DNA of 64,000 nucleotides from an uncultured Alphaproteobacteria bacterium (GTDB lineage: Bacteria; Pseudomonadota; Alphaproteobacteria; Methylaequorales; Methylaequoraceae), in assembly GCA_902530985.1 (NCBI GenBank), contig CACACI010000001.1:70420-134419 (forward strand), written 5' to 3'. Position 1 is the first letter of the stretch. The number at the start of each line of letters is the position of its first letter. A program made the position numbers and the translations under genes. The notes under the pieces are model-generated. The model had not been told where the DNA came from. It saw only the letters and a program-made list of their open reading frames with translations, and ran no database searches. Positions 50,832 to 59,732 of this stretch are shown piece by piece.

Positions 50832-51274
50832 AGTTAATTCAATTCATCTCACGTAATTCAATCTATGTTGAAGTAGATGTTGACAGCAAAAAAAATCTTT
50901 TCAAACATATCTCTAATATTTTTGCAAATGATGATTTAGAGAAAGGAACAATTATAGTCGAAAAACTCAATGAAAGAGAAAAACTTGGATCTACTGGAGT
51001 CGGCAATGGTGTTGCAATTCCTCACTCTAAAGTAGATCTGATTGACAAAACTAGAGTAATTTTTTTAAAACTGAAATCTGGCATTGATTTTTCAGCATCT
51101 GATAGTATAAACGTTGACATAGTATTCGCAATTCTTGCTCCAAAAAATTGTCAGTCAGAACACTTACTCATTTTATCTTCGATATCAAACTTTCTAAGAA
51201 ACAAAGATTTAGTTGAAAAGCTGAGGAGTATTAAAAGCCCAAAGGAAATTCATAATTTCTTTTCAAAAATTTAG
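50828..51274 (+). CDS. ptsN: PTS IIA-like nitrogen regulatory protein PtsN
   Basis: EIIA-Ntr fold with the phosphorylatable His in GNGVAIPHSK. The ATG overlaps the hpf stop (ATGA). Canonical position after hpf. Confidence 0.85.
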   Translation: MKLIQFISRNSIYVEVDVDSKKNLFKHISNIFANDDLEKGTIIVEKLNEREKLGSTGVGNGVAIPHSKVDLIDKTRVIFLKLKSGIDFSASDSINVDIVFAILAPKNCQSEHLLILSSISNFLRNKDLVEKLRSIKSPKEIHNFFSKI

Positions 51275-51486
51275 TGTAAATCTATATGTTCTAAACCGGA
51301 TTGCATAATGGCAGCTATAGCTGACTCTTTACTATCAAAAGCAGCAAGTAGAGTGCCATCAGCACAGTAGACCGAGAAAACATCCGTGCTAATGTTCTCT
51401 TCTTTGTGAATCTCTTTTTTTATAAATGCTAGTGAAGCATTTCCATATTCTAAAAAATCTCTACTTGGTATATTTAACTTACCCAT
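51271..51486 (-). CDS. DUF1150 family protein
   Basis: 71 aa. It abuts the hsp20 stop (TAAATG). The pattern YGNASLAFIK...VFSVYCADGTLLAAFDSKESAIAA resembles DUF1150, the usual hsp20 partner in alphaproteobacteria. Confidence 0.65.
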   Translation of the reverse strand: MGKLNIPSRDFLEYGNASLAFIKKEIHKEENISTDVFSVYCADGTLLAAFDSKESAIAAIMQSGLEHIDLH

Positions 51487-51945
51487 TTATTTATCATTCC
51501 CTAAGCTTATTAATTTATCTTTAATTTTATTATTTTTATCTTTAATTTCAATCTTTTTTGACTCTTCATTGTTTATTGGTTGAGATAAGTCTATAAATAA
51601 CAATCCATTATCCATCGAAGCTTCTTTAACTTCAATCCCTTCAGCTAAAATAAAGTTCCTTTGAAACTGCCTTGTAGCAATACCTCTATGGATAAAAATC
51701 CTATCAGATTCGTTATCATCTCTACTTCCTCTTATCTGCAATTGATTACCCTCTAAACTAATATCAAGATCTTTTTTATTAAATCCAGCCACAGCTATAG
51801 TTATCCTGATACTGTTTGTCGAAATTTGTTCTATATTATAGGGAGGATATGTATCCGTTGATAATTTAGAAATCCTGTCGATCGTCCTTTCGAACTGATC
51901 AAAACCTAAAAGAAAAGGACTATTAAAAACTGACATTCTACTCAT
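51487..51945 (-). CDS. ibpA: small heat shock protein, Hsp20/alpha-crystallin family
   Basis: YPPYNIE start of the alpha-crystallin domain, AVAGF and F.R.F.L motifs. Confidence 0.9.
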   Translation of the reverse strand: MSRMSVFNSPFLLGFDQFERTIDRISKLSTDTYPPYNIEQISTNSIRITIAVAGFNKKDLDISLEGNQLQIRGSRDDNESDRIFIHRGIATRQFQRNFILAEGIEVKEASMDNGLLFIDLSQPINNEESKKIEIKDKNNKIKDKLISLGNDK

Positions 51946-51963
51946 AAACCCTCAATTCGAGCG

Positions 51964-51991
51964 ATTGTATTGAACCTTTTAAAGCATTCAA
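51964..51991 (-). promoter_or_regulatory. candidate promoter of hsp20 (TTGAAT-N16-TACAAT on the minus strand)
   Basis: The reverse complement reads TTGAATgctttaaaaggttcaaTACAAT, followed after about 20 nt by GAGGG and the ATG. It is compatible with a sigma-70 or alphaproteobacterial sigma-32 (CTTG-N17-CYTATNT) promoter. Sequence-only guess. Confidence 0.3.
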
Positions 51992-52146
51992 TAATGAGAC
52001 AACATTACCGTAGATTTATTACAAAATCAAATTTTTATTTTTTACAAATTGAAAAAAAATAACAAAATCTTTACTTTTTATTCTTATTACTCTTATTAAT
52101 AATTAAATTAAATAAAACGAGTCTATTCTAATATTAAGAAAAATTA

Positions 52147-52995
52147 ATGTTAAGATTTTTAAGAAAATTCAGACATGATGAAAAGTTACGCAATATTTTT
52201 CTCTGGAAATTTTTAGGAGTTTTTTACAGGTCAATAATTAAAATTTTCTCAATCAATTTTAGTGTAAATCAATTTATTAGTGCAAATTATCAATTTAAAA
52301 TGCATGCTTTGTTTGCATTTAGTAATTTCAAAGATTGGGGGAACAAACATAATGATTTTTTCCCAATTTATTTAAAATTATCAAGAAAAACTAAATGTTT
52401 CTTAGACATAGGTGCACATATAGGAATAGTATCCCTTCCAATTTCTAAGAACATCAAAAAAGGCGGAACTTTATATTCATTTGAACCTTCTTTGAAAAAC
52501 TTGTTTTTCCTAAATTATCACATAAAAATTAATAATATTAATAATATTAAAGTTGTTGATAAAATCGTTTCATCAAAAAATGATGATCGTTATTCATTCT
52601 TTGAGTCGGAAGAACCTTCTGGAATGAACTCGATAGTAAATTTAAAAAATAAAAAAATAATTGTTAAAAGAAAAATTGAATCTATCACCCTTGACAACTT
52701 TTGCCTAATTAACAATGTTATCCCAGAAATAATTAAAGTTGATATAGAAGGCGCCGAGATTGATATGTTAGTTGGTTCAAAAAGAATAATAAAAAAGTTT
52801 AAGCCACTTATCTTCCTAAGCTATCATCCTAAACACATAAAAAAGTTAGGTTATAATGATGAAGTTATATTTAAAATTTTAAAAGAACTTAATTACAAAA
52901 TAATTGATGCAAGAGCAAAAGAACCAAAAAAGCTTAAAAATAATGAATATCTGTTATTTCCAAAAAACCAGAATATAGAAAAAATATTTTGTTAA
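52147..52995 (+). CDS. FkbM family methyltransferase
   Basis: FLDIGAHIGIVSL SAM-binding start, FEPS, and IKVDIEGAEIDML characteristic of TIGR01444-type methyltransferases. Confidence 0.8.
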   Translation: MLRFLRKFRHDEKLRNIFLWKFLGVFYRSIIKIFSINFSVNQFISANYQFKMHALFAFSNFKDWGNKHNDFFPIYLKLSRKTKCFLDIGAHIGIVSLPISKNIKKGGTLYSFEPSLKNLFFLNYHIKINNINNIKVVDKIVSSKNDDRYSFFESEEPSGMNSIVNLKNKKIIVKRKIESITLDNFCLINNVIPEIIKVDIEGAEIDMLVGSKRIIKKFKPLIFLSYHPKHIKKLGYNDEVIFKILKELNYKIIDARAKEPKKLKNNEYLLFPKNQNIEKIFC

Positions 52996-53054
52996 TAGAT
53001 AAAAAGTTTAGGTAGAGGAAAAATTTGATTTCTTTAATTCTTAATATGAACAAA

Positions 53055-53130
53055 TGGTGGAGCTGTGGAGGATCGAACTCCAGACCTTCTGAATGCCATC
53101 CAGACGCTCTCCCAACTGAGCTACAGCCCC
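53055..53130 (-). tRNA. tRNA-Ala (anticodon GGC), CCA encoded
   Basis: The reverse complement GGGGCTGTAGCTCAGTTGGGAGAGCGTCTGGATGGCATTCAGAAGGTCTGGAGTTCGATCCTCCACAGCTCCACCA gives a cloverleaf with the G3:U70 alanine identity pair, anticodon loop ATGGCAT and T loop TTCGATC. Confidence 0.95.
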
Positions 53131-53177
53131 AACAAAGCATTAAAGTATAGATCTTAAGAACTTAAAATAGATAGAAA

Positions 53178-53474
53178 TCAGGTCTCCTCATCTCTTTCGA
53201 TCTCTACAATATCCTCTACATTAGAATCATCAGAATCAACATCCTCTGTGGTTGTTTCTTCAATTACTTCAATTTTTATATCTTTATTTTCCTCTACAAT
53301 TTCTGGCTTTGGGTTTTTAGGAGGTCTTCCACGTCTTGAAACATTAGTTAGCAAGGAATTAACATCAGCTCCACAATTTGGACAAACAATTGGATGTTTT
53401 CCAAAATCAAAAAAAAGAGTGCCGCATTTCGTACATTTTCTTTTAGCACCTAAATCAACTTTTTCCATAATCAA
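53178..53474 (-). CDS. TIGR02300 (FYDLN_acid) family zinc-ribbon protein
   Basis: GAKRKCTKCGTLFFDFGKHPIVCPNCG zinc ribbon followed by a basic stretch and then a strongly acidic tail. Confidence 0.75.
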   Translation of the reverse strand: MIMEKVDLGAKRKCTKCGTLFFDFGKHPIVCPNCGADVNSLLTNVSRRGRPPKNPKPEIVEENKDIKIEVIEETTTEDVDSDDSNVEDIVEIERDEET

Positions 53475-53516
53475 CTTTCATTAGTAAAATAAATAAATTA
53501 TATATCATAATTAAGA

Positions 53517-54836
53517 ATGAAAAAATCTTTTACTCTTAAATCTTCAAAAAGTAAACCATTAAATGGTATTATTTCTGTTCCATCTGATAAATCAATTTCA
53601 ATTAGATCGCTAATAATTTCTTCATTGTGTATAGGTAATAATAAAATTTTTGGTCTCTTAGAGTCTGATGATGTAATCAACACCCTTAAAGTTCTTAGAA
53701 AATTATCTATTAAAATAGAAAAAAAAAACAGTTTTTATGAGATTTATGGACAAGGTGGATTTTTCTCTAACCCTACAACTAATCTTAACTTTGGCAACTC
53801 GGGTACTGGCGTAAGATTAATGACTGGACTTCTTAGCACAAGTGCAGTTACCGCAACTCTTACAGGTGACAAATCTCTTTCATCAAGGCCAATGCAAAGA
53901 ATAATTGAACCATTAAATAAAATGAACATCTCACTTTCTCATAAAAATGGGTTGCTACCATTAAAAGTTTCAAATAAACAAACCAAACATATCCCTATAA
54001 ACCACACACTTGAAATAGGTTCAGCACAGGTAAAAAGTTCCATTTTATTAGCTGCATTTAATATTAAAGGGACCACAAAAATTGTTGAGAAAATTCCTTC
54101 CAGAGACCACACTGAAATTATGCTCAAACATCTAGGTGCAAATTTAAAAAAAAATGGAAATGTGATAAGCTTAACTTCACCAAATTTTTTAAAGCCCAAA
54201 GATATAATCATTCCAGGTGATTTTAGTTCCGCTGCATTTGTAATTATTGCAGTTTTATTATCAAAAAATAGCCATGTAAAAATAAAAAATGTTGGTCTAA
54301 ATTTCTTTAGAATTGGTCTGCTTGATGTGCTAAAAAAAATGAATGCTAAGATATTTATCCATAATACAAACATTATTAATGGGGAAAAGGTTGGTGATAT
54401 AGAAGTAATTAGTTCTAATTTAACTTCAGCTAATGTCAGGAAAGAAATTAGTCCAAGGCTTATAGATGAGTATCCAATTCTTTTCGTTGCAGCTTCTTAT
54501 GCTTCAGGGGTTTCAAAGTTTTACGGTCTAAATGAATTAAAAGTAAAAGAAAGTAACAGGCTCAAGTCAATGGCTAACGCTTTATCACAGGGAGGTGTAA
54601 AATTAAAAGTAAATAAAGATTCAATCCAAATATTTGGTAAAGAGTCTCATGAGGGAGGAAACTATGTAATTACCGAAAGTGATCATAGAGTTGCAATGTC
54701 AATGCTTGTGTTTGGTCTTTTTTCACAAAAATCAATTATTATAGATGATATGAATATGATCAAAACCTCATTTCCAGGATTTCAGCCAATATTCCAAAAA
54801 TTGGGAGCACAGATTGAATTTTTTCAAAAATTCTAA
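53517..54836 (+). CDS. aroA: 3-phosphoshikimate 1-carboxyvinyltransferase (EPSP synthase)
   Basis: Motifs PSDKSISIRSL, LNFGNSGTGVRLMTG, LSSRPM, DHR and KESNRL. Confidence 0.95.
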   Translation: MKKSFTLKSSKSKPLNGIISVPSDKSISIRSLIISSLCIGNNKIFGLLESDDVINTLKVLRKLSIKIEKKNSFYEIYGQGGFFSNPTTNLNFGNSGTGVRLMTGLLSTSAVTATLTGDKSLSSRPMQRIIEPLNKMNISLSHKNGLLPLKVSNKQTKHIPINHTLEIGSAQVKSSILLAAFNIKGTTKIVEKIPSRDHTEIMLKHLGANLKKNGNVISLTSPNFLKPKDIIIPGDFSSAAFVIIAVLLSKNSHVKIKNVGLNFFRIGLLDVLKKMNAKIFIHNTNIINGEKVGDIEVISSNLTSANVRKEISPRLIDEYPILFVAASYASGVSKFYGLNELKVKESNRLKSMANALSQGGVKLKVNKDSIQIFGKESHEGGNYVITESDHRVAMSMLVFGLFSQKSIIIDDMNMIKTSFPGFQPIFQKLGAQIEFFQKF

Positions 54837-55461
54837 GCCAGTTATTGCAATTGATGGAACTGCAGGTTCGGGTAAGGGGACTTTAGCAAAAAATCTATCT
54901 CAAAAACTTGCATTTGATCATCTTGATACAGGTATTTTATACCGAATCTACGCATATGAATATATTAATATAAAAGATAAGAAAAACATAAAACTACTCG
55001 ATCTCAAAAAATGGTTTGAAAATAAGGATAAATTAAAAAAACTGAGAACTGAAAAAATCTCAAAAATAGCTTCTGAAATCTCACAAAAGAAAGAAGTGCG
55101 TGATTCACTTTTAGCTATCCAAAGAAATTTTGCAAATAATCCTCCAAATGGTAAGGGGTCAGTTATTGATGGTAGAGACATAGGAACAGTAATTATTCCT
55201 AAAGCTGAAATAAAATTTTTTTTAGATGCAAACATTGAAATAAGGGCATCTAGAAGAATAGATCAAATTAACCTTGGGCCTTCTCACTATAAAGCTACAT
55301 TAAATAATATGGTTAATAGGGATAATAAAGATTCTAAGCGAAAAATTTCTCCCCTAACAATAGCAAAGGATAGCTGTTTTATTGATACATCAATTTTGAG
55401 TGAGAATGAAGTCCTTGAGATTGCAATGAGATATATAAAAAAAAATACAGATTTTATTTAA
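54814..55461 (+). CDS. cmk: cytidylate kinase
   Basis: TTG start inside the aroA 3' end. P-loop IAIDGTAGSGKGT, DGRDIGTV and ASRR. Confidence 0.92.
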   Translation: MNFFKNSKPVIAIDGTAGSGKGTLAKNLSQKLAFDHLDTGILYRIYAYEYINIKDKKNIKLLDLKKWFENKDKLKKLRTEKISKIASEISQKKEVRDSLLAIQRNFANNPPNGKGSVIDGRDIGTVIIPKAEIKFFLDANIEIRASRRIDQINLGPSHYKATLNNMVNRDNKDSKRKISPLTIAKDSCFIDTSILSENEVLEIAMRYIKKNTDFI

Positions 55462-55520
55462 TAATTGCATATCGTTTGAAAATTTTGTAAGTGTAGTGCT
55501 TAATTTAAGAGGAAATTAAT

Positions 55521-57212
55521 TTGGTAGAAAATTTTAGTGAATTGTTAGAAGAAAGCCTTGTCGACTTTAAATATAAAGAAGGTCAAATCATTAAAGGTAG
55601 AGTACTTTCAATTATCAATGACACAGTTGTTGTAGATGTTGGATTAAAAGCCGAAGGAAGAATCCCCATAAAAGAATTTCATTCACCTGGAGAAGAGCAT
55701 GGTGTGAAGGTTGGAGATAGTTACGATGTCTATCTTGAGAAACTAGAAAATAAAGAGGGTGAAGCACTTTTAAGTAGAGAAAGAGCGAGAAAAGAAGAGT
55801 CTTGGTCAAATCTTGAAAAAATGCAAAATCAAAAAGAACAGGTAACTGGTATTATTACAGGTAGAGTTAAAGGTGGGTTTGCTGTAGATATTAATGGAGC
55901 TGTTGCTTTTCTTCCAGGAAGCCAAGTTGACTTAAAGCCAATAAAAGATATTTCACCTCTTTTAAATAAACCACAACCAATGATTATTTTAAAAATGGAT
56001 AAATTAAGAGGTAATATTGTTGTATCTCGAAGGGTCTTATTAGAAGAGTCAAGAAAAGCAGATAGAAGTAAATTGCTCTCCGATATAAATGAAGGAGATA
56101 AACTTAAAGGTAATGTAAAAAATATTACAGATTATGGCGTGTTTGTTGATCTGGGTGGTATGGATGGATTAATTCATGTAACAGATCTATCATGGGAAAG
56201 AGTTAATCATCCATCTGAAATGTTCAGTATTGGACAAGATATTGAAGTGGTCGTAATTAAGTATGATAAAGAAAACGGTAGAATTAGCCTTGGTTTAAAA
56301 CAATTAACTAAAGATCCCTGGGAAAATGTTGAAAATATATATAAAGTTGATAGCAAGATTAAATCAAAGATTTCAAGTATAGCAGATTACGGAGCATTCA
56401 TCGCTTTAGAAAAAGGAGTAGAAGGACTGATCCATACTTCTGAAATGAGTTGGGTTAACAAAAACATTAACCCTAATTCTATCCTTAAAGTTGGAGAAGA
56501 AGTTGAAGTCGTAATCCTTGAAATAGATAACTCCAAAAGAAGAATCAGTTTAGGTTTAAAACAATGCACAGAAAACCCATGGAAAATTTTTGCATCAAAA
56601 AATAAAAATGGGGATATAATTGAAGGAAAAATTAAGAATATAACAGATTTTGGAATCTTTGTTGGACTTACCTCAGATCTAGACGGATTAATTCATACTT
56701 CTGATATTTCTTGGGATGACTCTGGAACAAAGGCTATTCAAGAATATAAAATTGATCAAAACATAAAATTTAAAATACTTGATATAGATGTTGATAAAGA
56801 AAGAGTTTCCTTAGGAATAAAGCAACTTACAAAAACAACAATCAAATCAGATAAATTATTAAATAAGATCATGACAGGTGTTATTGAAAAAATAAGTGAA
56901 GATAAAATATTTGTAACCTTTGATGAAGATGCCAAAGGGTTTGTAAAAAAATCTAATTTGGCAAAACTAAAAACAGAACAAAATACTTCTAGATTTGCTG
57001 TTGGAGAAAAAATTGATGCAAAAGTTTTAAAAAAAAATACTAAGGATGGTTCATATGAATTATCAATAAAAGATCTTGAAATCCAAGAGGAAAAAAAAGC
57101 ATTAGAAGAATATGGCTCCTCTTCATCTGGTGCGAGTATAGGAGACATAATTGGAGCTGCACTAGAAGAAGGAAAGAAGAAAAATTCAAAATCAAAAGAT
57201 GAAAAAAAATGA
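55521..57212 (+). CDS. rpsA: 30S ribosomal protein S1
   Basis: TTG start. Six S1 repeats (recurring G.V..I..FG.FV.L....GL.H.S), 563 aa. Fits the aroA-cmk-rpsA order. Confidence 0.96.
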   Translation: MVENFSELLEESLVDFKYKEGQIIKGRVLSIINDTVVVDVGLKAEGRIPIKEFHSPGEEHGVKVGDSYDVYLEKLENKEGEALLSRERARKEESWSNLEKMQNQKEQVTGIITGRVKGGFAVDINGAVAFLPGSQVDLKPIKDISPLLNKPQPMIILKMDKLRGNIVVSRRVLLEESRKADRSKLLSDINEGDKLKGNVKNITDYGVFVDLGGMDGLIHVTDLSWERVNHPSEMFSIGQDIEVVVIKYDKENGRISLGLKQLTKDPWENVENIYKVDSKIKSKISSIADYGAFIALEKGVEGLIHTSEMSWVNKNINPNSILKVGEEVEVVILEIDNSKRRISLGLKQCTENPWKIFASKNKNGDIIEGKIKNITDFGIFVGLTSDLDGLIHTSDISWDDSGTKAIQEYKIDQNIKFKILDIDVDKERVSLGIKQLTKTTIKSDKLLNKIMTGVIEKISEDKIFVTFDEDAKGFVKKSNLAKLKTEQNTSRFAVGEKIDAKVLKKNTKDGSYELSIKDLEIQEEKKALEEYGSSSSGASIGDIIGAALEEGKKKNSKSKDEKK

Positions 57213-58092
57213 TTTATTAGATCAATTTTATCAAAAAAGAAAATCACTCATACTGCGAATATTTATCTCAGTAATTTCAGCCCTGGTATTACTAGTTAGT
57301 TTTATTAAAGTTCAAACAGAGGGAAGCTTTATTGCTAAAATTTCGGTTCAAGGAATTATTCAAGACAGAAAAGACTTAATTGACCAAATTGATAGTTTTA
57401 CAAAAGACAAAAATATTAAGGGTCTCATAACTATTATCAATAGCCCAGGCGGGACATACGTTGGGAGCAAAGAGTTATATGATTCAATTAAAGCAGTAAG
57501 TGAAAAGATTCCAACCGTTGTCTATATGAAAGAAATGGCTACCTCTGGCGGATATCTTGTGTCTCTTGCCTCAGATAAAATTTATGGAAATGCAGGTACT
57601 ATTACAGGTTCAGTTGGAGTAATATTGCAAACAGCAGACATAAGTGAACTACTTGGCAAGCTAGGTGTTAAGCCTGTAATTGTAAAAAGTGGGGAATTTA
57701 AAGCTGTGCCAAACCCTGCTGAAGCAATTGACAATGAAAAATTAGATTATTTGCAAGATATAATAAAAAAGATGCAAGATGAGTTTTTAGATATTGTCAA
57801 AACTAACAGAGATATATCTAAGTCGGTAATTGAATTGGTTTCAGATGGGAGAATTTTAACTGGACGTCAAGCTAAAGAATATAAGCTTATTGACGATCTA
57901 GGAAATGAAAAAGATGCAATAGATTGGTTAAAAAAACAATCAGGAGAAACTGAAGATATAAAGATTATTGATTTTTCAGATAAAAAAGACTTTTCAAAAA
58001 TACTTGATTTAACATTTTTTAAAACAAAGATCTCTTATATAAATCAAAATTTTAACAGTGGTTTTTTTGCAATATGGACACCCGGTTTATAA
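57199..58092 (+). CDS. sppA: signal peptide peptidase SppA, 36K type
   Basis: N-terminal TM helix, INSPGGTYVGS, nucleophile region MATSGGYLVS and GSVGV. Confidence 0.88.
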   Translation: MKKNDLLDQFYQKRKSLILRIFISVISALVLLVSFIKVQTEGSFIAKISVQGIIQDRKDLIDQIDSFTKDKNIKGLITIINSPGGTYVGSKELYDSIKAVSEKIPTVVYMKEMATSGGYLVSLASDKIYGNAGTITGSVGVILQTADISELLGKLGVKPVIVKSGEFKAVPNPAEAIDNEKLDYLQDIIKKMQDEFLDIVKTNRDISKSVIELVSDGRILTGRQAKEYKLIDDLGNEKDAIDWLKKQSGETEDIKIIDFSDKKDFSKILDLTFFKTKISYINQNFNSGFFAIWTPGL

Positions 58093-58197
58093 AACATATA
58101 AACTATATCTGGACTAAGATTTTATAAATTTTTTATTCGAATGTCTAAAGATTTTAAACCCATTACAAAACATATTCAAAAACATCGAATAATATAA

Positions 58198-59655
58198 ATG
58201 AAAAAAAAAATTGATAATATTGGTATTGTATTTATTCCAGATTTTCTTTTCTTACAATTAAATATGTGTAAGAAAATTTTTGAAGACTATAATTGTAATC
58301 TTCATGGATACACTGGAAGTGTTGATTCAATAAAATTTATAAATAACAACTTTGATGCTAGTTTTTTTAAAACTCTTTCAAGTTCTGCTCACCCTCAAAG
58401 AAATGCCCACAAATTAAAAATAAAAAATATAGCAAATGTATGGTCCACAGCAAAAAAATATGAAAAGATCTTAGGTAAACCATATGGAGAAATTATTTTA
58501 GCAAATAGACATTTTGGCAAAGGATTTGCCCTCGCAGGAACACATCACCCAGAATCGCCCCAATCAAAAATTAATTACACCCAAATGACAGAAATAATTA
58601 ATCGAGAATTAATTTTTTGGGATAAAGAATTAAAAGAAAAAAAAATTAAGTTGTTTATCAATCCAACAAAAGCCCTGGCAATGTTAGCTCACAAAAGAAA
58701 TGTCAAGGTTAGAATTCAGGGGAACTCGAGACACAAAAATTTTTTCTTTTGGTCTGAAGATGAATTTTGCTTAAATAAAACTTTGAAAAATCAATTCTCA
58801 AAAATTAAAAAAATTGAAAAAAATACTTATCTAAAAGTATCTTACCATCTTGATTTTGTTCAAAGAAAAGATTTTTTCAAAGATTCAGCTTTATATAAAG
58901 TAATTAAAGAATGTTTGAAAATTATTCTTTATAGAATTAAAGGCACTTTGAAAGGCTATGATGGTATAAAGGATTCATATTATTTGGGAAGTTTCATTAA
59001 ATATAGATTTAAGGGTTTTAGAGACAGAAACTTAATGATGAGTAATTTTACAAAATCAATCTCTCAACTTGAAAAAAAACCATTCTTTTTTTTCCCTCTT
59101 GCAACAGAACCTGAATGGTCACTGCAAGTCCAAGCTTCTGATTTTTTTTCCCAACTTTGGGCTATTGCAATGATTGCAAGAGACCTTCCCTCTGGGACTA
59201 CTCTTGCAGTAAAAGAACATATTTATAGTTTAGGTTCGAGACCAAAAGATTTTTATAATCAAGTGAAATTATTTAAGAATATTGAGTTTATAAAAATTAA
59301 TGAAATAGGTATTAATCTTATTAAAAAATCTATTGGAGTAATTACAATTAATGGAGCAGCAGGCTTTGAAGCTGCTGTATTAGGAAAACCAGTAATTGTA
59401 CTGTCGGACAATTGTGATTATGACTTTTTAGATCATGTGCAAAAAATTAAAAATGGAGAAGGCCTCAAGAAAGCAATAAAATTAATCGAAGATAATAGGA
59501 TTGATTTAAAAAAAGCAAAGAAAGATGGTAGAAAGTTTCTTCAAGCTGTAAAGAACTCAAGTTTTAATCTTGACAATTTTTCTAATCTAAAAAGAACTGA
59601 AGTATCAAGCAAAGCAATTGTTGAGATGACTAATAGTTTGATGAGATCAGTATAG
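58198..59655 (+). CDS. capsule polysaccharide biosynthesis protein family (Capsule_synth/KpsS-KpsC-like), assignment tentative
   Basis: 485 aa. The segment FFFPLATEPEWSLQV...LAVKEH......VITINGAAGFEAAVLGKPVIVL resembles the GT-B-like C-terminal half of capsule-synthesis proteins. First gene of a glycan cluster. Confidence 0.5.
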   Translation: MKKKIDNIGIVFIPDFLFLQLNMCKKIFEDYNCNLHGYTGSVDSIKFINNNFDASFFKTLSSSAHPQRNAHKLKIKNIANVWSTAKKYEKILGKPYGEIILANRHFGKGFALAGTHHPESPQSKINYTQMTEIINRELIFWDKELKEKKIKLFINPTKALAMLAHKRNVKVRIQGNSRHKNFFFWSEDEFCLNKTLKNQFSKIKKIEKNTYLKVSYHLDFVQRKDFFKDSALYKVIKECLKIILYRIKGTLKGYDGIKDSYYLGSFIKYRFKGFRDRNLMMSNFTKSISQLEKKPFFFFPLATEPEWSLQVQASDFFSQLWAIAMIARDLPSGTTLAVKEHIYSLGSRPKDFYNQVKLFKNIEFIKINEIGINLIKKSIGVITINGAAGFEAAVLGKPVIVLSDNCDYDFLDHVQKIKNGEGLKKAIKLIEDNRIDLKKAKKDGRKFLQAVKNSSFNLDNFSNLKRTEVSSKAIVEMTNSLMRSV

Positions 59656-59732
59656 ATTATGAAAAAAATACCTTTCTTAAATAAAAATTTTATAAAATCT
59701 ACTTTTAGAAAATATTATGAGATTAATAAATC

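Noticed and set aside
51946-52146. ROSE-type RNA thermometer upstream of hsp20.
   Set aside because: The predicted leader between the candidate -10 element and the ATG is about 20 nt. The best hairpin near the Shine-Dalgarno site (CTC-GAATT-GAG) has only 3 bp, and no U(U/C)GCU anti-SD element is visible.
53939-54373. 144-aa ORF antisense to aroA, a 163-aa ORF at 56756-57247 antisense to rpsA/sppA, and 95-aa, 97-aa and 106-aa antisense ORFs in cmk, kdsD and pseI.
   Set aside because: Same reasoning as above. Their length is explained by the periodic codon bias of the sense gene. They have no independent start context and no recognisable family.
58141-58197. 18-codon micro-ORF (MSKDFKPITKHIQKHRII) ending in a TAA directly in front of, and in frame with, the capsule-family gene ATG.
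   Set aside because: An open run of 18 codons has roughly a 20 % chance in sequence of this composition, by a rough base-frequency estimate. There is no Shine-Dalgarno site and no reason to invoke stop-codon read-through.
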